A stretch of 32,000 bases of DNA from Promethearchaeota archaeon (GTDB lineage Archaea > Asgardarchaeota > Lokiarchaeia > Sigyniarchaeales > SOKP01). The notes below the pieces were generated by a model, which was not told the origin of the DNA, made no database searches, and saw only the letters and a program-made list of their open reading frames with translations. The translations under genes and the position numbers were made by a program. The stretch is taken from contig JAUWGH010000002.1 in assembly GCA_030606485.1 (NCBI GenBank), forward strand, positions 300,001-332,000, read 5' to 3'. Below, in pieces: positions 9,588 to 17,068 of this stretch (positions within the stretch are counted from its first letter, which is position 1; every line of letters starts with the position of its first letter).

Positions 9588-10877
9588 TCAATCGATTTGT
9601 TTTTTTAGGATAATATTTTTAAAATCAGCGTAATATACTGATTTTGGGGGAATATCTTCATTAACTAGAGTATTTGCGCCGATTAAAGAATTTTCTCCAA
9701 CTTTAACGCCACACACAATATTTGTACTTATCCCTGTTTTTACATTATCCCCTATAATGGTTCCTAATTTTCTTCTTTTAGTATCGATGATTTTACCTTC
9801 TACAATCATTTTCACTGAAGTTCCCGTCAATTTTAAATTAGCAATTTTAGTTCCTGCTCCGAAGTTGACTTTTTCACCTATAATAGAATCTCCGACATAA
9901 TTAAAATGTGGAAAATTGGTATTGGACATAACAATTGAATTTTTAACTTCACTTGAGTTTCCAATATGACAATTATTGCATATACATGAATAAGGTCTAA
10001 TATGTGCATTAGGTCCAATTTTATTACCTTCTCCAATATAAACTGGTCCTTCAATATATGTACCTGACATAATGCGTGTATCCTTACCGATGAAAACCTT
10101 ATTTTTTATAATTACATTGTCTTCAACAATTCCATTAATTTCCGATTCAATTTTATCTAATATGAATTTATTCGCATCTAAAAGTTGCCAAGGTAATCCA
10201 ATATCACTCCAAAAGAATTGACTTAAGTCGTATCCTAAAATTTTTAATCCTTTTTTTATCATAATAGCAAAAGAATCCGTAATCTCGTATTCTCCCCTGA
10301 TTGATTTTTTAGTTTGATCTATCGCGTCAAATAATTTAGAATTAAAAATATAGATTCCTGCATTTGCTAGATTCCCAACATTTAATCCTTTAATTGGTTT
10401 TTCGACAATTTCTTTTGCATATCCTTGCTCATCTAAAGAAATAATACCAAAGCTTTCAGGATTTTCAACGCTAAAAAGTGTGATTATGCCATCACAATTA
10501 CCTTCTTGAAATAATTTAAATACATCAATAAAAACTTGTTCATCAGTGATAACATCGCCATTCATCAATAAGAAAGGTTTATTTTCCACAAAATTCTGAC
10601 AACATTTGGCAGCATGGGCTGTACCTAAACGCTTCTCTTGAATAACATACTTGATTTTTACTCCAAATTTGTCTTGCCCATCTCCAAAATATTCCTTAAT
10701 CATTTCATTTTTATAGCCAACAATTAAAAGAATTTCTTTAATACCAATATTTTTAATGTTATTTATAGAATGTTCAAGTAATGGAGCACCTCCAATAGGA
10801 ATCAAAGGTTTAGGTCTTGTATTTGTAAGTGGCCTTAATCGCTTACCTATTCCAGCTGCTAAAATTACTGCTTTCAT
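9588..10877 (-). CDS. glmU: Archaeal bifunctional sugar-1-phosphate nucleotidylyltransferase/acetyltransferase (GlmU-like)
   Basis: KAVILAAGIGKRLRPLTNTRPKPL nucleotidyltransferase motif. C-terminal hexapeptide left-handed beta-helix with PHFNYVGDSIIG, NFGAGTKIANL and KLGTIIGDNVKTG. Confidence 0.9.
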   Translation of the reverse strand: MKAVILAAGIGKRLRPLTNTRPKPLIPIGGAPLLEHSINNIKNIGIKEILLIVGYKNEMIKEYFGDGQDKFGVKIKYVIQEKRLGTAHAAKCCQNFVENKPFLLMNGDVITDEQVFIDVFKLFQEGNCDGIITLFSVENPESFGIISLDEQGYAKEIVEKPIKGLNVGNLANAGIYIFNSKLFDAIDQTKKSIRGEYEITDSFAIMIKKGLKILGYDLSQFFWSDIGLPWQLLDANKFILDKIESEINGIVEDNVIIKNKVFIGKDTRIMSGTYIEGPVYIGEGNKIGPNAHIRPYSCICNNCHIGNSSEVKNSIVMSNTNFPHFNYVGDSIIGEKVNFGAGTKIANLKLTGTSVKMIVEGKIIDTKRRKLGTIIGDNVKTGISTNIVCGVKVGENSLIGANTLVNEDIPPKSVYYADFKNIILKKQID

Positions 10878-10979
10878 TAGAAATTCACAAATTGAATTAT
10901 ATAAGAAAAAATAAATTGAATACTATTAAACATAATCCTTATTAAAAAAACAGTTGTAGTTAATATTAAAAAAATATTA

Positions 10980-11876
10980 TTATTTATTTACATATAACAC
11001 AATTTGCTCAATATCATTATTGAGAGCTCTATAAGGCTTTAAATCTCCGTTGAAATTATTTTGAAGTACTTTATATTTAGAAAAAGCGTCTAGAAGTTCA
11101 TCAAATATTTTCTGAATTTGAAAATAATTTCCTATTCCTACCATTTCCACTGTATAACCATTTAATTCCCCAAAAAGAGAGTATTTAAAAGAATCTTCTT
11201 CAATATCCTTAATATGAATAGATTTCAGATGAGAATTTGCTCGAATTAATGCATTAACTGCTAAAGTTGATAATTTTGAAGAAAAATTTGAAATAAAAAT
11301 CTCTTTCTTCTCATCATCAACCTTAAAATCCAAATTTTTTAATAAAGAATTGCTAAATAGTTTATAAATAATGGGAAGTCCATCGGCTGATATTCCACAA
11401 TAGAGTATTTTATTTTCTTTAAAATCATTATACATCACATCTGCTTCAAACCATTCTTTATCTAAGAATTCTTCATATTGTTTTAAAATGAAATCAACAA
11501 TATTTTCAATAATTGTATTAAATAACACCTTTTTATGAGATTGTTTCAAGATTTCTATTGAATTATAATATATCTCAACTTTATTTTGAAAGTCCCTTAA
11601 TAATTCATAGCATTTTATTGAAAATTCACTAAATTCTCCAATCATGCAAAAAAATAATTGGTCTCCATTTAACACGATGTGTTTTATAATAATAGTTTCT
11701 CTTTTAGAATGAACTGATTCCAATGTAATTTTATGTAATCGCCAAGTATTCTTAGGGTTTACATTTGTAAGCAAATCTTTTAAATATAAAATAATCTCAA
11801 AGGTATTATATCTACACTCATCTGAGCAAAAAATAATTTTATTGTTTAAAATTATACAAAATTCAGTAAGCATCAA
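10980..11876 (-). CDS. Hypothetical protein, probably with tandem longin/roadblock-like domains
   Basis: Two apparent beta-beta-alpha-beta-beta-beta-alpha units judged from the hydrophobic pattern (LTEFCIIL..IIFCS and KILYCGISADGLPIIYKLF...YTVEMVGIGNYFQIQKIFDELL). The fold is inferred, not searched. Confidence 0.5.
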   Translation of the reverse strand: MMLTEFCIILNNKIIFCSDECRYNTFEIILYLKDLLTNVNPKNTWRLHKITLESVHSKRETIIIKHIVLNGDQLFFCMIGEFSEFSIKCYELLRDFQNKVEIYYNSIEILKQSHKKVLFNTIIENIVDFILKQYEEFLDKEWFEADVMYNDFKENKILYCGISADGLPIIYKLFSNSLLKNLDFKVDDEKKEIFISNFSSKLSTLAVNALIRANSHLKSIHIKDIEEDSFKYSLFGELNGYTVEMVGIGNYFQIQKIFDELLDAFSKYKVLQNNFNGDLKPYRALNNDIEQIVLYVNK

Positions 11877-12155
11877 AAATCTCCCAAATAATTTTTTTTA
11901 AGAATTTAACCTTATATCCTCACAACTAAATATACTTCACATTTTATGGTAATTTAATTTTGATAAAAATTAATCAATATGTTCTATTGCAAAGAACTAT
12001 CCGATTTTACTTACAATTTATATAGATCAAAATCAGCAATAATTGAAATTATGGAGATTAAATATGTAAAATTTTTTACAAAAAATTATAAAATTCATTT
12101 TTAATTCATTATGATTTATCCTTAAATATCTCTTGAAAAATCTTGGTATTAAACT

Positions 12156-13814
12156 ATGACTGAAAAATTTAAATGGTGGATGAAAACTGTTGTATATCAG
12201 ATTTATCCCCGATCCTTTAAAGATACTACAGGTAATGGAATTGGAGATCTGCAAGGAGTTATTGAAAAATTAGATTATTTAAGAGAATTGGGGATAGAAA
12301 CTATTTGGTTTAGTCCTTTTTTTAAATCACCTCAAGCAGATCATGGATATGATATAACAGACTTTTATGACATTGCTCCGGAATATGGATCAATGTCTGA
12401 TTTTGATAAGTTGTTAAAAGAAATGCACAACAGAGACATGAAAATGGTATTAGATTTCGTTTTAAATCACACATCTATTGAGCATCCTTGGTTTAAGGAA
12501 TCTGCATCAAGTAGGGATAACCCAAAACGTGATTGGTATATCTGGCGTGTTGGTAAAAAACCAGGTGGCAAGAAGCCTCCAAATAATTGGAAAACTATGA
12601 CTGGAGGATCTTCTTGGTTATACTATGATAATACAGATCAATGGGTATATTTTCACTTTTTACCTAGCATGATCGATTTAAATTACCGAAATCCTGAAGT
12701 AAAAAAGACCATGTTTAATGTCATGCGATTTTGGTTGGATAAGGGAGTTGATGGGTTTCGATTAGATATATTGCATGCAATTTACGAAGATGAGCAGTTA
12801 AGAAATGACACTTTTACTTGGCAAATATTACCTTCCGATAAAAATACCGCTACTTTATTTAGAACGCATAAATACGATTTAAATCTACCAGAAACTTACG
12901 ATTTTGCCATGGAATTAAGAAAAGTTATGGATGAATATGAACCTGAGAGATTCCTAGTGGGAGAAGTTGATGGAACCGTAGAACAATTGAAAAAATATTA
13001 TGGTCCTAAAAATAATGGATTACATATGTTATTTTTATTCGAATTTACATCTACACCTTTTAATCCCCATAAATACGCAGATATAATAAATAGAATTGAA
13101 AAAAATTTACCCTTCCCATATACGCCAACTTATGTTTTTAGCAATCATGACCGTATGAGATTTATTTCTATCCTAAATGAAAATGTACAAAAAGCAAAAC
13201 TCGCTGCAACTATGCAATTAACTTTGCGTGGTGTCCCATTCATTTATTACGGCGAAGAAATTGGTATGCCAAATACTAAATTTAAGCTTAAAACGAGTCA
13301 AGACCCAATTGGTCGGAAATTTTCATGGATTCCTACTTCTCAAATCAAACGCTTGGGATTTTCATTAACACGTGATGGATGCCGAACTCCCATGCAATGG
13401 ACTGATGAACCTAATGCTGGTTTCTCTCCAGAAAATTGTGAAACGTGGTTGAGAGTATCTAATTCGTATAAAAAAATTAATGTTACTAGAGAAACAAAAA
13501 ATCCAGGGTCATTGTTAAATTGTTATAGGAGATTATTGAAAATTAGAAGAGAAAATGATATATTACAAGAAGGAAAATTTAAATTCATTGAAATAAAAAA
13601 TTTAAAAAAGAAGTGTTTAGCATACCGTAGAATTCATAATAATCAAGAAATATTTACATATCTCAATTTTTCAAAAGATTTCTTGAAATTGGATTGTCCT
13701 GTAAAAAAACCTACTTTATTATTTTCCACATTGGCTAATAGGGCCGCACTAAATGTGAATTCCAACAAAAATATTATGAAATTAACGCCATTTGAAGGAA
13801 TAATCTTCTCCTAA
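12156..13814 (+). CDS. GH13 alpha-glucosidase / oligo-1,6-glucosidase-like
   Basis: VVYQIYPRSFKD, GIGDLQG, DHGYDITDF, DFVLNHTS. Catalytic motifs DGFRLD, VGEV and SNHD. GVPFIYYGEEIGM and RDGCRTPMQW. Confidence 0.93.
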   Translation: MTEKFKWWMKTVVYQIYPRSFKDTTGNGIGDLQGVIEKLDYLRELGIETIWFSPFFKSPQADHGYDITDFYDIAPEYGSMSDFDKLLKEMHNRDMKMVLDFVLNHTSIEHPWFKESASSRDNPKRDWYIWRVGKKPGGKKPPNNWKTMTGGSSWLYYDNTDQWVYFHFLPSMIDLNYRNPEVKKTMFNVMRFWLDKGVDGFRLDILHAIYEDEQLRNDTFTWQILPSDKNTATLFRTHKYDLNLPETYDFAMELRKVMDEYEPERFLVGEVDGTVEQLKKYYGPKNNGLHMLFLFEFTSTPFNPHKYADIINRIEKNLPFPYTPTYVFSNHDRMRFISILNENVQKAKLAATMQLTLRGVPFIYYGEEIGMPNTKFKLKTSQDPIGRKFSWIPTSQIKRLGFSLTRDGCRTPMQWTDEPNAGFSPENCETWLRVSNSYKKINVTRETKNPGSLLNCYRRLLKIRRENDILQEGKFKFIEIKNLKKKCLAYRRIHNNQEIFTYLNFSKDFLKLDCPVKKPTLLFSTLANRAALNVNSNKNIMKLTPFEGIIFS

Positions 13815-13881
13815 TTATTATTATCAATAAATAAAATTTAAATAAGTTATTTACTTATATAAGTAAATAGGTGATGTTTAG

Positions 13882-14619
13882 TTGAAATGGCTGCCAAAGT
13901 GGGTTGGAAAGGTATATTCGAAATTGTGGGATGAATTTAGAGAAAACCTGTTTTTTTTTGAAGATGCCAATCAGATTTTGGGAAAAACCACCCCAAATTA
14001 TTTAAGTGAGTTAAAAAAAGCTCAAGCGTTATTTATTTTTAAAAGAAAAGCAAGGAAAAGAATATATCGACTTGTTTCACCAAACTTATTTTCACTTGCT
14101 GTTGCAAACAATTTAGATTTGCGATGGCTAAAACAAGGAGAATATTCAAATATAATCTTATTGATTTTAACGAAATTGAAAGAGAATTTTAGTCAAAAAT
14201 TATCATCTATAGGAATTTATGGCTCTTTAGCTAGAAATGAAGCTAAGAAAGATAGTGATATTGATTTTTTTGTAATATTTAAAGATTTGCCAGATAGTCT
14301 TATTGATAGATTGAAATCACTAAGAAAAATTGATACCTCAAAAGAAATTCAAGAAGAATTGAAATTCTTGAATTTAAATTCCATTTATCCTCGATTTAGC
14401 TATCATCCGATTAAAATAACCGAATTGGGATTAAATTTTTTTACCATTGATATTGTTTTTGATTTAAAAGTTATATATGATTCATTTAATGTGTTGAGCG
14501 ATTTTATATTCGAGGTAAATAAGAAGATCTGGGAGCATAAGATTCAAAGGAAATATTTAGATAAAAATCGTTATTATTTAGATTTAAACCTTTCTTTCGG
14601 TGAGGTTTTTAAGTTTTGA
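13882..14619 (+). CDS. Minimal nucleotidyltransferase (MNT) with an N-terminal winged-helix-like domain; putative antitoxin
   Basis: TTG start. GS-x10-DxD motif (GSLARNEAKKDSDID). About 70-aa basic N-terminal wHTH-like segment. 4-nt overlap with the HEPN gene. Confidence 0.85.
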   Translation: MKWLPKWVGKVYSKLWDEFRENLFFFEDANQILGKTTPNYLSELKKAQALFIFKRKARKRIYRLVSPNLFSLAVANNLDLRWLKQGEYSNIILLILTKLKENFSQKLSSIGIYGSLARNEAKKDSDIDFFVIFKDLPDSLIDRLKSLRKIDTSKEIQEELKFLNLNSIYPRFSYHPIKITELGLNFFTIDIVFDLKVIYDSFNVLSDFIFEVNKKIWEHKIQRKYLDKNRYYLDLNLSFGEVFKF

Positions 14620-15035
14620 ATCAGATTGATTTTGCTAAAGGTTATTTAAAAGAAGCAGAGCTCAGAATAGAGACCGCAGAAACAGTTATAAATAAAAAGG
14701 GATATGCTTATTGCGTACGACAATGTCAAGAGGTTGTTGAACTTGCTTTAAAAGGCGCGTTAAGGCTACTCGGTATTGATTTTCCAAAATGGCATGATAT
14801 TGGTAACATTTTAATTAAAGAAAAGGAAAAATTTCCAGAATGGTTTAAAAAAGAAATACCTGATTTAGCTTCATATTCAACATATCTAGCTGATTTAAGA
14901 GAGTTCACAATGTATGGTAATGAAATAAAGAAAAAAGCCCCCTCTGAAATATTTAATAAATCAAATGCGGAAAATGCCCTGAAAGATGCTAAAAAATGTT
15001 TAATAAATGTCAAAGAATTATTTCGACAAATATGA
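14616..15035 (+). CDS. HEPN domain protein (archaeal COG2250-like), partner of the MNT
   Basis: All-helical pattern with QEVVELALKGAL and PKWHDIG, coupled to the MNT gene (TTGA overlap). Confidence 0.85.
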   Translation: MNQIDFAKGYLKEAELRIETAETVINKKGYAYCVRQCQEVVELALKGALRLLGIDFPKWHDIGNILIKEKEKFPEWFKKEIPDLASYSTYLADLREFTMYGNEIKKKAPSEIFNKSNAENALKDAKKCLINVKELFRQI

Positions 15036-15118
15036 TATGATTAATTATCTAAACAAATAATAGTGTATTTTTCTTTATGTAATTAATAATTCTAAATAAA
15101 AATCTTTTCGATGTTATT

Positions 15119-15895
15119 ATGGATAAGCAAGCAGTTTTAATATCTATCGCTAAATTAGCAAAAATGATAATCGATGCAAAACAAACAACCGTTTTGACTG
15201 GAGCTGGTATCTCAACTGAAAGTGGAATCCCAGATTTTCGAAGTCCGGGTGGTCTATGGGAAAAATATGCTCCAGAGATTTATGCTAATATTCATAGTTT
15301 TTTAAAGAACCCTACCAAATTTTGGGAGATGGCAGAAAAAATAGCTCCAAACATTTTTAACGCTAAACCCAATCCTGCCCATTATGCATTAGCAGAGCTA
15401 GAGAAAATAAATATGATTAAAGCCATTATCACACAAAATATTGATGGACTTCATCAAAAAGCTGGGTCTGTTATAGTTTATGAAGTTCATGGAAATATCG
15501 AGCGCCTTATTTGTTTAGGTTGTAGAGCTTCTTATCCCAAAAAACAAGTCATAAAGCAACTTAAAAAAGAAAAGAATTATCCTCCAATATGTGATATGTG
15601 CGGAGCTCCTTTAAAGCCTTCAGTCGTTTTATTTGGAGAGGACTTGCCTAAGTTTGAATTTTATCAATCTCATGCACTTTCTGAAAAATCAGATTTAATG
15701 ATTGTAGCGGGTTCTTCCTTAGAAGTTGCACCTGTAAGTGAATTCCCAAATTTAACTATTAAATATGGAGGCAAATTGGTAATTATCAATGACATGCCAA
15801 CACATATGGATAAAAAAGCTGAATTGGTTATTATAGGTAAATTAGGCACCGTTCTTCCACTTGTTGTTAAAAAAGTTAAGGAAAAAGTTTTTTGA
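15119..15895 (+). CDS. cobB: NAD-dependent protein deacylase, Sir2 family
   Basis: GAGISTESGIPDFR, ITQNIDGLHQKAG, EVHGN, zinc site CLGC...CDMC, KPSVVLFGE, GSSLEVAP. Confidence 0.95.
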   Translation: MDKQAVLISIAKLAKMIIDAKQTTVLTGAGISTESGIPDFRSPGGLWEKYAPEIYANIHSFLKNPTKFWEMAEKIAPNIFNAKPNPAHYALAELEKINMIKAIITQNIDGLHQKAGSVIVYEVHGNIERLICLGCRASYPKKQVIKQLKKEKNYPPICDMCGAPLKPSVVLFGEDLPKFEFYQSHALSEKSDLMIVAGSSLEVAPVSEFPNLTIKYGGKLVIINDMPTHMDKKAELVIIGKLGTVLPLVVKKVKEKVF

Positions 15896-15904
15896 GCAGA
15901 AGTG

Positions 15905-15930
15905 GATGCGGAGTTTCACCGCATCTTTTT
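15905..15930 (+). terminator. GC-rich hairpin followed by a U tract, downstream of the sirtuin gene
   Basis: GATGCGG-agtttca-CCGCATC-TTTTT is a perfect 7-bp stem starting 10 nt after the stop codon. Confidence 0.55.
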
Positions 15931-16009
15931 ATGCTTCATAGAAATATCTTAAATCGTTCTTTTTAATTTAATTAAAGATGAAAAATATTATTTGATTTTA
16001 TAGAGTTAT

Positions 16010-16205
16010 GCCCGATTTCCACTGTAGAGAGATTAAGCAGAGAGGAAACATTAAAGAGGAGAATGAGGTTTCTGAACCACTCAGAGAAATGCTCAGGGAA
16101 ACACCCGTACCTTCAATTGGATACTGAAGTTACGACGAGATTCACATGGAAATTAGGGGGAAAAAGATGAGATGGCTATCTCAATTTTTCTTCATTTCAT
16201 TTCTA
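16010..16205 (+). ncRNA. Candidate structured non-coding RNA or cis-regulatory element, family not recognised
   Basis: 44% GC by hand count (66/150 over 16011-16160) within AT-rich flanks. Closing stem 16011-16025/16144-16158, internal hairpins 16064-16095 and 16106-16134, and a downstream hairpin 16160-16190 followed by a pyrimidine tract. The strand is inferred from G-U pairs and purine-rich loops. Confidence 0.5.
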
Positions 16206-16251
16206 AATTTTTTTATAATAGTTAGAAATAGCATTCTAGTAATTAATAACA

Positions 16252-16293
16252 AAAAAGTAAAGCTTTATATAGCAAAGTATGATCATTATGATT
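16252..16293 (+). promoter_or_regulatory. BRE/TATA-like promoter with an adjacent palindrome (ATCAT-T-ATGAT) upstream of the 107-aa gene
   Basis: Purine run AAAAAGTAAAG followed by TTTATATA (16264-16271); palindrome at 16282-16292. Confidence 0.45.
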
Positions 16294-16339
16294 GGCTCCA
16301 ATTTCAATTTTAGAATTAAAAAAATAGAGGTTTAAAATC

Positions 16340-16663
16340 ATGGTATTGATTATATCGACTACTCGTTTTCCAATAAGTAAAGCGCAAGAAGTATCAGAAA
16401 GATACATTGAAGTTGCAAAAAAATATCCTCCTGATAGATCTTTAGAAAAGGTTCTTGTTCGAATGGCTGCCAGGGTAATAGATGATGAAGTCGAATCAAT
16501 AAGTGTATCAGAGGTTAAAGAAGGTAAACTTGAAGAACTAATAAAAAGAGCTACAGAAATACAAGTACTTTATAGAGATATCGAAGGAATGAAATTCAGA
16601 GTGGAAACCTTTTTATCAGGAGTAGAAGCTATGCCAATGATAGGTCTCAAGATGCCAGAATAA
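16340..16663 (+). CDS. Small hypothetical protein, probably with a ferredoxin-like/dimeric alpha-beta barrel fold
   Basis: Clean 107-aa ORF preceded by GAGGT (SD-like). Beta-alpha-beta-beta-alpha-beta pattern. It resembles small proteins that I recall being expanded in Asgard genomes (not verified). Confidence 0.7.
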   Translation: MVLIISTTRFPISKAQEVSERYIEVAKKYPPDRSLEKVLVRMAARVIDDEVESISVSEVKEGKLEELIKRATEIQVLYRDIEGMKFRVETFLSGVEAMPMIGLKMPE

Positions 16664-17068
16664 AATATTATGGAATCTCCTGAATTAAAAAAATAAATCC
16701 CTTTTTTTTGTTATATACAAAACGAAAAAAATAATCCTAAAGAAAGTAAAAAGTCGATTGATAAATTTAAAGGATTTTTGAATATTCAATTAATGAAATT
16801 AAATTTATGCTTTATATTATTCAAGTAATCTTTTTATATTATCGTTATTTATCATATAATTTTCGACTCTCTACTTAAACATTTCAAAATTAAAATAAAA
16901 TGACGTTATTTAAAGAAAAAATAGGTTTTTTAAAATCTTTACAAATTAAAATCTTAAAAATCGATTTTATTTTTCTGATGAAAGATTTATATTTGAACAC
17001 AAAATTATTAAATTATTCCAATTGATTTTTATATAATTTGAAGTTAATGCATTAAGATCGAATTCCAC

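Noticed and set aside
13882-15895. MNT-HEPN-Sir2 as an anti-phage defence operon
   Set aside because: The sirtuin has all the housekeeping deacylase features (Zn site, HG catalytic motif) and lacks the large fused domains of defence NADases. It is separated from the HEPN gene by 83 bp.
16010-16160. Assignment to RNase P RNA, or to the glycine, TPP, cobalamin or c-di-AMP riboswitch
   Set aside because: Only short fragments match (GAGGAAA, CTCAGG, ACCCGTA, ACTGTA). The remaining conserved cores and their order are missing.
16008-16313. Possible selenoprotein: a 39-codon ORF (MPDFHC...SIGY) ending in TGA (16125-16127), with the frame open for 61 more codons
   Set aside because: There is no redox-type motif around the TGA and no recognisable SECIS. 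The read-through part is F/I/N/K-biased AT-rich intergenic sequence that crosses a TATA-like promoter. Base-pairing explains the GC-rich part better. It is not fully excluded as a short leader ORF.
16664-17068. Long AT-rich intergenic gaps (also 5979-6208, 23963-24227, 31465-31807) examined for CRISPR repeats, tRNAs, IS ends or an origin
   Set aside because: I saw no regular repeats, cloverleafs, terminal inverted repeats or ORB-like boxes.
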